NCBI GenBank assembly: GCA_027366125.1
Contig: DAHXKZ010000125.1
Coordinates: 1 to 50,112 of the forward strand
Length of the DNA: 50,112 bases
Direction of reading: 5' to 3'
DNA from: Phycisphaerales bacterium
GTDB lineage: Bacteria; Planctomycetota; Phycisphaerae; WQYP01
Position 1 is the first letter of the stretch. Each line of letters starts with the position of its first letter. This document shows, piece by piece, positions 10,443-19,228 of the stretch. The notes under the pieces are model-generated. The model made no database searches and was not told the origin of the DNA. It worked only from the letters and a program-made list of their open reading frames with translations. The translations under genes were made by a program, and so were the position numbers.

Positions 10443-11710
10443 ACGCCATCGCCCAATGCCTGACCGCGCGCGGCATGGGCGCTATCGCCGTGATTCATAT
10501 CTCCGGCGCCGACGCACTTGCCGCAGCGAAGTTGGTCTGTCCCACATTTCATTGTGAGAAGCAGTTTCTGGGGCGAGCGCGGCGCGCCACGGCGATGGAT
10601 GGCGCTGCGAACATCATAGATGATGCCCTGCTTTTAACTTTTTCGCCGGAACACCTTGAGCTGCATCTGCATGGCGGCGTGGCGGTGGTGGATGCGGTGC
10701 TTACGCGGCTTGAAGAAATCGGCGTGCGAACCGATTTCACTCCCGGGCCAACCGACGATGCCGCGGGGACCTACAGCGCCGCCGCCGGCCTGCTACCGCC
10801 GGGCGCTGGTCCTAACCTACTTTACCAGGAAATGCTGGCCGCTCTGCCCGGCGCCGCAACTCCCAGTGCCGTGCGGTTGTTGACCAATCAAACGGGCAGC
10901 GGCGGCTTAAGCGAGTGGATGGCAAATTGGGCAAAACTACTCGAAAAGATAAACGCACATGATTCAGCAGCGCGGGCTCTATTAGAAAATCTGCGGGCCA
11001 GCGCCCGGCGTTTGCTCGATCGCTCCAAAGCCCTTGAATTTTTGCTAAACCCACCGCGCGTGGCCATTATCGGGCCGCCCAATGCCGGAAAATCGACCCT
11101 GGCCAACGCCCTTTTGGGTCGCCCCGCCAGCATCACCAGCAACGTTCCCGGCGCCACGCGCGACTGGGTTGAATCCACCGCGCTTATCGGCCACGGCAAT
11201 CCGCAAGTGGCCATCACGCTGGTGGACACGGCGGGCGTACGCGAAACCGCGGACGCTTTGGAGCAACACGCAATCTCAGTTTCGGAGGCGCAGGCCGCAG
11301 CGGCTGATTTGTTGCTAATTGTGCTTGATCACGCGCAAAGACCTCATTTAGACGCCGTACATTGGCTGCGTGGCGTCACCGCAATGGCCGTCCGGGCCCC
11401 CGTGCTGGTATTAAACAAATGCGATTTGCCGGCGACGTCGCCCGCCGATTTTTCCGATCTGGCCGGCCCCGCCCAGCCCGTGCGTCTGAGCGCCCTGCAT
11501 CATGACGGCTTGGAAGCGCTGCATGGAGCCATCTTGCGGGCGCTGGAACTTCAAAACTTTTCGGATAACGAACCGTTTCTATTTACGCCGCGCCAGCGGG
11601 CCGTTGCCGGGCGCCTTCTGACTTTGCGCGAAGTGGACGCGGCCGCTTGCGCGCTGGCCGATTTGGCCGCTAACCCCGCGCCGGACGCGGGAGCGCCGCG
11701 CCATGCGTGA
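10439..11710 (+). CDS. MnmE/TrmE-like GTPase lacking the C-terminal CIGK motif
   Basis: N-terminal GAIAVIHISG. G domain with GPPNAGKST (G1), DTAG (G3) and NKCD (G4). Its ATG overlaps the nuoD stop (ATGA). The protein ends ...DAGAPRHA without CIGK. Confidence 0.65.
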   Translation: MNAIAQCLTARGMGAIAVIHISGADALAAAKLVCPTFHCEKQFLGRARRATAMDGAANIIDDALLLTFSPEHLELHLHGGVAVVDAVLTRLEEIGVRTDFTPGPTDDAAGTYSAAAGLLPPGAGPNLLYQEMLAALPGAATPSAVRLLTNQTGSGGLSEWMANWAKLLEKINAHDSAARALLENLRASARRLLDRSKALEFLLNPPRVAIIGPPNAGKSTLANALLGRPASITSNVPGATRDWVESTALIGHGNPQVAITLVDTAGVRETADALEQHAISVSEAQAAAADLLLIVLDHAQRPHLDAVHWLRGVTAMAVRAPVLVLNKCDLPATSPADFSDLAGPAQPVRLSALHHDGLEALHGAILRALELQNFSDNEPFLFTPRQRAVAGRLLTLREVDAAACALADLAANPAPDAGAPRHA

Positions 11711-12632
11711 TGCCTATTTGGAATTAATTATTGTCACGCACAACAGCGCGCAATTCCTTGCGGGCTTGGCGCAAAGCTTTACCGATATTCTGGCCGAAGT
11801 GGAAGCGGACGCGGACGCTCCAGGTCCGCCGGCCGCGCGGGACATTTCCGTGATTATCGCCGACACCGGCTCCACCGATGACACCCCAGCTTGCGCAAAA
11901 GCCGCCTTCCCAGCCGCCGTCATCCTGCCGCTGCCGAATATCGGATACGGCGCCGCCGCCAATGTGGCCATTGCCCGTGCCCGGGCGCCTTGGGTGCTGT
12001 TGTGCAACGCGGACATTACTTTTGAGCCCGGCTTTGGTCGGCATATGATCGGCTCTATTTTAACAGGCGCACTTCCCGGACCGCCCGAATTCGCCCATGA
12101 AAAAACCGCCATCGTCGCGCCGGAACTTCGCAACCCCGACGGCACGTTGCAACCATCCATCGGCATATTTCCCACCCTGGGCAGCGTCGTGTGTGATCAA
12201 TTCCGCCCGCGACCGTGGCGCAAATACGTGTCCCATCCGCCCACCGCCCCGGCACGGATTAATTGGGCCACCGGCGCCTGCCTGCTGTTGCGAAAGGCAG
12301 CATTTGAAAGCGTCGGCGGCTTTGATGAAAAGTATTTTTTGTATGTGGAGGAAGTGGATTTGCAGAAGCGGTTGGCGATGGCGGGGTTCCATGGGATCGT
12401 ACTGCCCGATGCGAAAGTCACGCACCATGCGCCAAATGCCGCCCGTGCCCCGCGTGCTGCGGCGCAAAAATGGGCCGCGCGCGGCATGTTGCGCTATTTC
12501 GCCGCCCACGGCAACGCCGCGGACCGCATTGGTTTTGGACTCTTGGCTCTGGCCAGCGGTCGCCTCTCGCCTGGTGACGCCTTGGCGTCCTGCGCCACGA
12601 TTTTGTCCCGGGCGACCGGCCCGCAACTGTAA
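11703..12632 (+). CDS. Glycosyltransferase family 2
   Basis: ELIIVTHNS..., GYGAAANVAI...LLCNADITFEPGF, GACLLLRKAAFESVGGFDEKYFLYVEEVDL. Its start overlaps the upstream stop (ATGCGTGA). Confidence 0.8.
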   Translation: MRDAYLELIIVTHNSAQFLAGLAQSFTDILAEVEADADAPGPPAARDISVIIADTGSTDDTPACAKAAFPAAVILPLPNIGYGAAANVAIARARAPWVLLCNADITFEPGFGRHMIGSILTGALPGPPEFAHEKTAIVAPELRNPDGTLQPSIGIFPTLGSVVCDQFRPRPWRKYVSHPPTAPARINWATGACLLLRKAAFESVGGFDEKYFLYVEEVDLQKRLAMAGFHGIVLPDAKVTHHAPNAARAPRAAAQKWAARGMLRYFAAHGNAADRIGFGLLALASGRLSPGDALASCATILSRATGPQL

Positions 12633-12774
12633 ATCCACGCCAAACCCGGGCCAAACGCATGCCTCTTGCCCTCCTCGCCGTATCGGCGCCGTCCGCGTTA
12701 TCCGCGGTTCCCTCGGGGCGATTTGGCCGCGGATCCAGTTGCCATCAAAAAATTCACTTCATGTTATTTTCCAT

Positions 12775-12805
12775 TTGACCCGATTAACTTTGTGTGGTAA
12801 AGTTA
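12775..12805 (+). promoter_or_regulatory. Sigma70-like promoter with an overlapping inverted repeat (candidate operator)
   Basis: TTGACC (12775-12780), 17 nt, TAAAGT (12798-12803). The inverted repeat TAACTTT (12785-12791) / AAAGTTA (12799-12805) overlaps the -10 element. It lies ~90 nt upstream of ATG 12896. Confidence 0.35.
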
Positions 12806-12895
12806 GTGTCCGTTGAATGATCGGCGCCTTGTCGGCGCCCGTCAGCGGTTAGACTGCTCACGCATAGACGCCAAACAGTCCTTTAGGATTTGCTT

Positions 12896-13501
12896 ATGGA
12901 ATTACGCCAAGCCTTGGACCAAATCGCTGAGATCCGGCAGCAAATGGCCCGCAGTCAAACCTTGCGCGGATACCGATCGATGACCGCCGCCATCTCCGGC
13001 ATCATGGCCCTGACGGCCGCTGGTTTGCAATCATTATTAATCCTGAACCCGGCGAAGCATGTTGACGGCTACGTGGCGCTGTGGCTGGGCGTGGCGGGCC
13101 TGAGCATGGCCGTGGTGGGCGTGGAAATGTTTGTCCGCTTACGCCGCTCGCGCTGTCAGGTGCAGTCGCAGTTGACATTGCTGGCCGTGCAGCAGTTTAT
13201 TCCCAGTGTTGTCGCCGGCGGGTTGCTGACGCTGATCCTGGTGGCCAACGCCGCCGCGAACGTGTGGATGTTGCCGGGCCTGTGGATGCTGCTTTTTGGC
13301 CTGGGCATCTTTGCGTGCCGCCGCGTATTGCCGCGGGAAACTGGCTTTGTCGCCGCATTTTATCTGGGCATGGGCCTGGTGGCGCTGGCCATGGGGCCGG
13401 CGGCGGCGTTTTCGCCGTGGCTCATGGGCGGCCCCTTCGCTTTTGGACAATTCTTAACTGCTGGTATTCTTTATTTTTCTTTGGAACGCACCCATGCCTA
13501 A
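12896..13501 (+). CDS. Hypothetical polytopic membrane protein
   Basis: Five to six hydrophobic helices. It is translationally coupled (8-nt overlap) to the downstream wHTH regulator. Confidence 0.6.
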   Translation: MELRQALDQIAEIRQQMARSQTLRGYRSMTAAISGIMALTAAGLQSLLILNPAKHVDGYVALWLGVAGLSMAVVGVEMFVRLRRSRCQVQSQLTLLAVQQFIPSVVAGGLLTLILVANAAANVWMLPGLWMLLFGLGIFACRRVLPRETGFVAAFYLGMGLVALAMGPAAAFSPWLMGGPFAFGQFLTAGILYFSLERTHA

Positions 13502-13976
13502 GCACCCAAAATCCCAATTTTTACAAGGCGCGGCTGCGGCGCCTACGCCCGTCACGCGTGCGCCCGACGCCACGGAAGCCGTCCCCCAGCCGGGCCGCTT
13601 TGCCTACCGCGGCCTGGAGCGCGTCATTCATGAGAAGGCGCGCCTGAGCATTATGGCCTCGCTGGCCACGCATCCGGAAGGTTTGTTGTTTGGCGACCTT
13701 AAGGATCTCTGCGCCCTGACCGATGGTAATTTAAGTCGGCACTTGCAGGCCCTGCAGGATGCGCAACTGCTGGAAACGTGGAAAGGTTTCAAAAATAACC
13801 GTCCGCAAACCCTCTGCCGGCTTACTGACCAGGGCCGGCGCCGCTTTGATGAATACATCAGCGAATTGGAGCAGGTGGTCAACGATGCGGTGCGAACCGT
13901 GCAACGACCCGCGGCCGCAGCGATCGTTGAGAAACCCGGGCGCCACGGATTTAACCCGGCCCTGGAATCTTTATAA
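13494..13976 (+). CDS. Winged-helix transcriptional regulator (HTH_34/ArsR-like)
   Basis: LERVIHEKARLSIMASLATHPEGLLFGDLKDLCALTDGNLSRHLQALQDAQLLE...RPQTLCRLTDQGRRRFDEYI matches the winged-helix DNA-binding pattern. Confidence 0.7.
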   Translation: MPKHPKSQFLQGAAAAPTPVTRAPDATEAVPQPGRFAYRGLERVIHEKARLSIMASLATHPEGLLFGDLKDLCALTDGNLSRHLQALQDAQLLETWKGFKNNRPQTLCRLTDQGRRRFDEYISELEQVVNDAVRTVQRPAAAAIVEKPGRHGFNPALESL

Positions 13977-14041
13977 AACTTTTATTTTTGACCACGTACT
14001 TTGCAGCACAAAGTAATTTCCGTGGTAAAACTGGAGGCCCC

Positions 14042-14941
14042 ATGAAAGTTATTATGGCCCAGGCCGCGGGCGTTTGTTTCGGCGTTGAGGACGCCCTGGC
14101 GACGACCGCCGGTATTACCAATCCCCAGGCCGTTACCATTCACGGAGAATTGGTTCACAACCCTCTGGTGCAAAACCGTCTGCGAGACCGGGGATTTTTA
14201 GTAAACTCCGAGGACAGCCGCGCTGCGGCGCCCACATCCGCGCAGGTGCTTATCACCGCCCATGGAATCAGCAACCGCGAGCGCCTTCGCCTGACTTCAG
14301 CCGGAAAACAACTTATTGACACCACCTGCCCCCTGGTTCGCCGCGCCCACGACGCCGCACTGTCACTGGCCCGTGAAGGCCGTTTTGTAATCGTGCTGGG
14401 CAAGGCCAGCCATGTTGAAGTGGAGGGCTTGACCGGCGACCTTGATGCGTTTGCCGTGGTGAACGCGCCCGCTGATGTTCGGCCCTATCCGTCGACCAAA
14501 CTCGGAATTGTTTGCCAAACCACGCTGCCGACGCGCGAAGCCCAGATGTTGCGCGGCGCCATAGCCGCAGCCAACCCACATGCCGATATCCGCTTTGTTG
14601 ATACCATTTGCCGCCCCACCAAAGATCGCCAGCGGGCGCTTGAAGACATTTTGCGCCAGGCCGACGCCGTGGTGGTGGTCGGCGGCCGCCACAGCAATAA
14701 CACGCGCAAGCTCCTTGACCGTTGTGCCGAGGCCGGCCGGCGCGCCTGGCACGTCGAATCCGCTGCCGATTTGCGCCGTGATTGGTTCCTCGGCTGCGAT
14801 GTGGTGGGCCTAACCGGCGGCACCTCAACCCTGCCCGAAACGCTGCGGGAAGTTCACGATACATTGCTAAGCATCGCTGCGGAATGTCAAACTGCGCCCC
14901 AATTCGCCACCGTCGGCGCCTCCCAGTGGGGGGCGGGCTGA
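14042..14941 (+). CDS. ispH: 4-hydroxy-3-methylbut-2-enyl diphosphate reductase
   Basis: MKVIMAQAAGVCFGV, ITAHGIS, DTTCPLVRRAH, VVGGRHSNNTRKL. GGAGG lies 5 nt upstream of ATG 14042. Confidence 0.9.
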   Translation: MKVIMAQAAGVCFGVEDALATTAGITNPQAVTIHGELVHNPLVQNRLRDRGFLVNSEDSRAAAPTSAQVLITAHGISNRERLRLTSAGKQLIDTTCPLVRRAHDAALSLAREGRFVIVLGKASHVEVEGLTGDLDAFAVVNAPADVRPYPSTKLGIVCQTTLPTREAQMLRGAIAAANPHADIRFVDTICRPTKDRQRALEDILRQADAVVVVGGRHSNNTRKLLDRCAEAGRRAWHVESAADLRRDWFLGCDVVGLTGGTSTLPETLREVHDTLLSIAAECQTAPQFATVGASQWGAG

Positions 14942-15022
14942 TGGGGGGCCGGCTTCTAGTCCGACGAGTTCATGCCCATAGCAGGACTCATGCCACGACT
15001 GCAGTGAAGACAAACGAATCGG

Positions 15023-15037
15023 CGGCCAAGATGGCCG
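15023..15037. repeat. REP-like hairpin of the GGCCA-RGA-TGGCC family
   Basis: CGGCCA AGA TGGCCG forms a 6-bp stem, followed by a C-rich tail. The same core occurs at 16344-16356, 17776-17794 and 48236-48254. Confidence 0.5.
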
Positions 15038-15087
15038 GCCCCAACAGCCATGCAACCCGCGCCGCCGGGGCATTTTCTTGACAAGGG

Positions 15088-15954
15088 TCAATTACCCGCA
15101 AAGATCAGATTCGCCGCCGACGTGCGGGCCACTCTTGGCGCCGGTGCGGGCGGCAACGTTCGCCGACGCCGCGCGTGCCAATACCGGGCCGCCCCCGCCC
15201 GCGGCAGCTTATGACGCAGCAGCCACGCATAAAGTGCGTTGTCATTGTACGCTGCATGCCACGAATTGTGCCCAAAGGCGTTGAACATCGTGAGTCGCGC
15301 ATGGCCGCCGCGCAAATTAATCACGTTGCACATGGATGTGGCGTTGGCGGACCATACCGCCAGATCAAGACTGTTTTGAAAGCACCATATGGGCATATGC
15401 GTTAGGCGCCGCGCCACGGACAGGTCTTCCGGCGCCGCCACGGGGGCCAGCGCCGCAAACTGTCGGCGAAACTTCGCGCCTAGCGCCCATGTGCCAAATC
15501 CGCCCAGGGAAAGACCGGTCAAATACACCCGGCGGCGATTCACTGAAAAATGCCGTTCCACCTGCGCCAATTCCGCCATGGCCATTTCTGACGCCTTGGA
15601 ATTGGCCCCCCAGTTATTTGGAGTCTGCGCAAAAATAACAATAAATGGAAATGTCGCCGCCCGCTTCGCCACCGCCGGCCCCAGCCCGACCTCCACCGGC
15701 TTGCGACCGTCCCGGCCCACCTGTCCGGATCCATTTAAGAATAAAATCAGCGGCCATTTTCTCCGCGACGTGTAATTCCGCGGCACGAAGAGCGTATAGC
15801 GCGCCTGCAGGCCACCCGCCGTCACTTGCCGCAGCGTAAAGCCGCGCCCGCTGGGCATGTTGCGGTTGCCCAGCCGATAAACACGGCCTGCGCTGGCGCA
15901 GCCGCCCGCCGCCATGAACAGCGTTAATAACGCGTATTTTTTTCGTATTCCCAT
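15088..15954 (-). CDS. Alpha/beta-hydrolase esterase (carboxylesterase/PHB-depolymerase-like), probable lipoprotein
   Basis: Lipobox-like LFMAAGGC, PLILFLNGSG, and the nucleophile elbow GLSLGG. GGAG lies upstream of the ATG. Confidence 0.7.
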   Translation of the reverse strand: MGIRKKYALLTLFMAAGGCASAGRVYRLGNRNMPSGRGFTLRQVTAGGLQARYTLFVPRNYTSRRKWPLILFLNGSGQVGRDGRKPVEVGLGPAVAKRAATFPFIVIFAQTPNNWGANSKASEMAMAELAQVERHFSVNRRRVYLTGLSLGGFGTWALGAKFRRQFAALAPVAAPEDLSVARRLTHMPIWCFQNSLDLAVWSANATSMCNVINLRGGHARLTMFNAFGHNSWHAAYNDNALYAWLLRHKLPRAGAARYWHARRRRTLPPAPAPRVARTSAANLIFAGN

Positions 15955-16192
15955 GGGGAAACTCCATGCGAAGAGTCAGCCGACCCGTCCAGCCGTGCCG
16001 CACGCTCCGCACGAGAAATATCGGCCTGAACTGGCCCTCCGCTGAACTGGCGCGGCCGGCGAGCCCCGCGAGGACGCTGCAACTTTCCCGCCGCCCACAG
16101 GGCTCCAAAGACCCGTCCCGCCGACCGTCTTATAATAGGCAATGCGACACTGCTGGCGCCGCGGATGGGTTATGCCGCGCAATTATGGGGCT

Positions 16193-16293
16193 GGGCTTCC
16201 AGCGCTTCCAGCCCGGCGTAGCCATGGCCACGCCAGGATTTGGTAAGAAGCAGCAGGCGAACGATACGCCTGCCAGGATGGCCCCCCCCCATT
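16193..16293 (+). repeat. REP-like mosaic unit U1 (~100 nt)
   Basis: Aligns with 17704-17801. It contains the GCTTCCAGCCC hairpin region, then GCAGGCG-7nt-CGCCTGC (16253-16273), then GCCAGGATGGC plus a C-run and ATT. Confidence 0.7.
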
Positions 16294-16298
16294 ATCAT

Positions 16299-16368
16299 GT
16301 CTACGCCAAAATTTGATCCCGGATGGCAGGCGGACAATTCATCGGCCAAGATGGCCACCCCCCAAAAT
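16299..16368 (+). repeat. REP-like unit U2 (5'-truncated copy)
   Basis: GTCTACGCCAAAATTTGATCCC...GCAGGCGG...GGCCAAGATGGCCACCCCCCAA is near-identical to 17731-17799. It ends 9 nt before the ACP stop codon. Confidence 0.75.
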
Positions 16369-16376
16369 GACCTTCG

Positions 16377-16643
16377 CTACGGCGCCCCCGCATCCGTTTT
16401 GTGCGCATCAATGTATTCCGCCAAAGTTCCCACAGTGGCCAGAGCCAGGCGGGCGTCATCGCTTTCCTCGTTGAGTTCCACGCCAAAATGCTTGTGAACC
16501 AACACGGCAATTTCCAGGACGTCCACGGAATCCAGCCCCAGCCCTTCCTTGCCAAAAATCGCCGTCTCCGGCGTAATGGCAATGTGCTTCAGGCGCAGGC
16601 CGCGGGTTAATACGTTAATCAAACGCTGCTGGGTTTCGGTCAT
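16377..16643 (-). CDS. Acyl carrier protein
   Basis: LGLDSVDVLEIAVLVHKHFGV carries the phosphopantetheine-attachment DS motif. Length ~88 aa. Confidence 0.8.
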   Translation of the reverse strand: MTETQQRLINVLTRGLRLKHIAITPETAIFGKEGLGLDSVDVLEIAVLVHKHFGVELNEESDDARLALATVGTLAEYIDAHKTDAGAP

Positions 16644-16772
16644 CAAGGTCAACTCAAAATAGAATCAAATTTTATCAACATCGGCGAAAGGCCCGAATCT
16701 CGCGGTGGCACCCGCGCGCATCAGCGCAATCCGCGGATTCATTTGTTCGGGGCAGTTTTAACTGCCGCGCCC

Positions 16773-17525
16773 TCACGCATCATCATGCGCGAAATAAACC
16801 GGCGTATCCAGCCCCTGCGCCAACGAAAAACAATGCCACTTGCGTTCCTGAACGCTGCGCAAAATCGCCGGCAGCGCATCAACCGTGCCCTGCTGCGATT
16901 TTTCGCGGCGCGCCTTTTCCAGGCCATCATGCAGCGTGATGATATCCCCCGCGCGCATGCGCCTGGTCAAATATCCTGTCAAAAATCCGGGGCCCACCAC
17001 CGTGTCAAATCCGCGCAGCCGCCACCCCACCACGCGCATGCCCTTGCGCTTCAGCGCCCTGGCCATGGGCCAGAACTTAATGCCCCGCGGCGCCCGGAAC
17101 AGTCGCGGGCGCAGTCCCGTTTCATGCGTGATCACCCGATTGGTACGCGCCAGTTGAGAATGCCAATAGCGCTGGCCCAGTGTGAAACCCAGCGCCGTAT
17201 GATCATAAGAATGGTTGCCCACGGTGTGGCCCTCTTCCACAATCCGGCGCGCCAGCTTTGGATATTTGCGAACGTTCTGCCCTATTAAAAAAAATGTCGC
17301 CTGCGCGTGGTGCTCCGCCAGTATGTCCAAAATCCGCGCCGTAAACGGTTCCGTGGGCCCATCATCAAATGTCAGCGCCACCGCGTTAACCACCGGCAAC
17401 CGGCGTATCACCGGAATAAACGTCTGGCTGCCCGGCGCCAGCACCGACCACGCCGCATACCCCGCCCCCACGCACCCCGCCGCCCCGGCGGCATAAGGCC
17501 AGCCGGAATGAAAAAAATCGCTCAT
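16773..17525 (-). CDS. Polysaccharide deacetylase (NodB homology) family protein
   Basis: VALTFDDGPTEPFTARILDIL...ATFFLIGQNV...GHTVGNHSYDH contains the NodB motifs 1-2. Confidence 0.85.
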   Translation of the reverse strand: MSDFFHSGWPYAAGAAGCVGAGYAAWSVLAPGSQTFIPVIRRLPVVNAVALTFDDGPTEPFTARILDILAEHHAQATFFLIGQNVRKYPKLARRIVEEGHTVGNHSYDHTALGFTLGQRYWHSQLARTNRVITHETGLRPRLFRAPRGIKFWPMARALKRKGMRVVGWRLRGFDTVVGPGFLTGYLTRRMRAGDIITLHDGLEKARREKSQQGTVDALPAILRSVQERKWHCFSLAQGLDTPVYFAHDDA

Positions 17526-17703
17526 GAAAAACGGTAATCCTACGGGTAAAAAAATCGCCGTTGCCCGCCCCTGCGTACGCGCGAAAGAACGAATTCCGCC
17601 AACCGACGCCCGCCGCGCTGCAAAAACGCACGCACGGCAATCGTCCCATAACCCAGTAGTCTATGAAATTCCCACACGATGGGCAAACGCGGCGGGCGAT
17701 GGT

Positions 17704-17801
17704 GGGCGGGCTTCCAGCCCGCCGCAGTCGTGTCTACCCCAAAATTTGATCCCAAGTAGCAGGCGGGCGCGATTCGGCGGCCAGGATGGCCACCCCCCAT
17801 T
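17704..17801 (+). repeat. REP-like mosaic unit U3
   Basis: Perfect hairpin GGCGGGCT-TCC-AGCCCGCC (17705-17723), then GTCTACCCCAAAATTTGATCCC, then GCAGGCGG..GGCGGCCAGGATGGCCACCCCCCATT. It is in direct orientation relative to U1/U2. Confidence 0.75.
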
Positions 17802-17810
17802 TGTACCTGT

Positions 17811-17854
17811 TAAAATAAAAAAGCCGGGGCGGTTCTATGAACCGCGCCCGGCTT
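17811..17854 (-). terminator. Rho-independent terminator downstream of the PEP-CTERM gene
   Basis: The minus strand reads AAGCCGGGCGCGGTTC-ATA-GAACCGCCCCGGCTT followed by TTTTTTATTTTA. Confidence 0.7.
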
Positions 17855-17913
17855 GGGATTCTTAGGCGTTGCGCTGCGCCGCAGCGGCGTGCGCAAACGC
17901 TAATAAGTTAACC

Positions 17914-18672
17914 TCAGGCAACCGTTGGCCGGGCCAGCTTGCGCCGCGCCGCCAGGCCGATTAGGCCCAGGGGGATCAGCATGAGGCTGGCGGGTTCCGG
18001 AACCACTGGCGGCGGCCCGCCGGTGTTGACTTCATTGAAGCCGTTGTCAACAAAGCTGATGGTGGCCGTAGCGGGATTTGCGCTGGTGTTGCTGGGCGTG
18101 GCGGTGACCAGGATATCCTTGGTCAACAGCAGATCGGTGTAGTTGCCGTTGAGCTTCAGCGTGGTGGCGCTGATGTTGGTGATCCCGGTCGAAATATTTC
18201 CCTGGTAAACGGTCAACTGGCCCAGGTTGGCGCCGGTGGTGGCATCCTGCACGGTTTCAGTCACCGTGGCAAAGGCGTTGCCGCCGGTGTTGTTGATCGT
18301 GGCGCCGTTAAAGTCCAGGTAAACGCTGTTGATCGCCATGTTGGTTGCGGCCAGATGGGCCTGATAGCCAATGATGCTATCCACAGATCCACTGGACGAG
18401 GTCCAATTGGCGGAAAAGCGCACGCCGGTATTGCTGGAGCCGCCCGCGTTCGTGCCATTCACAGTAGACACCGTAATGGCCGAATCGGATGGCGCGTAGC
18501 CGCCGGGATTGCTGTAGGTGAAATTGTTGAAGGTAAAGCTGCCGGAAGCCAGCGAACCGGAGCCTTGGGAACCATCCAACTGCGCCAGCGTGGTGGCGCT
18601 GGCGGTGGTGGCCAGGGCGAGCACCATGGCGCCCAGCGCCAGGCTCGCGGAATACTTGATCATGTTTTTCAT
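17914..18672 (-). CDS. PEP-CTERM sorting-domain secreted protein
   Basis: Signal peptide MKNMIKYSASLALGAMVLALATTASA, a Thr/Ser/Asn/Gly-rich body, and the C-terminal VPEPASLMLIPLGLIGLAARRKL (PEP motif + TM + basic tail). Confidence 0.85.
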   Translation of the reverse strand: MKNMIKYSASLALGAMVLALATTASATTLAQLDGSQGSGSLASGSFTFNNFTYSNPGGYAPSDSAITVSTVNGTNAGGSSNTGVRFSANWTSSSGSVDSIIGYQAHLAATNMAINSVYLDFNGATINNTGGNAFATVTETVQDATTGANLGQLTVYQGNISTGITNISATTLKLNGNYTDLLLTKDILVTATPSNTSANPATATISFVDNGFNEVNTGGPPPVVPEPASLMLIPLGLIGLAARRKLARPTVA

Positions 18673-19228
18673 AAGGAACTCCAAAAGTTAAGGTACAGTC
18701 ATTTTCTCCAATGTGTGTTCATGGCCGTGGCGTTTGCCAATGACCCGGGCCGGCGCCCATGACGCACCGATCCAGCACATTTAACTCCATCGTCCTCGCT
18801 TTCTGCTCAAGGCAAAGTGATCGCAAGAGAACGGCCTCCATGGCGTTATTTCCTATTCGCATGGGCTGGCCGCAAGCGGCTGCCAGCGTGATTCCTTACT
18901 CATGTAAAGTGCGGCATGCGGACATGTTTTTGGCAGCGATAAACGCGCCCAACGCCCGCGAACGCATGCAGCATTATGACGTATGTCATCCCCTTTGGCA
19001 AGCCTAAAATCCAGCATTTTGGAGGCACGTCCTATAACCATGTGTCGCACGCCGAAAGCCCCGCGCAGACCCCCCAAATTGACGGGGTTGCTTTTCGATT
19101 CCCCTGCGGTCACACTTATGCGCATCCATATGGCCGGCGGCGCGGCGGCGGCTTTGTAGGACGATGGAAGTTTCTTAATATGCGGTTTTCGGGATAGTCG
19201 CGGCATGTTACGCTGCGGGAGTTTGGCC

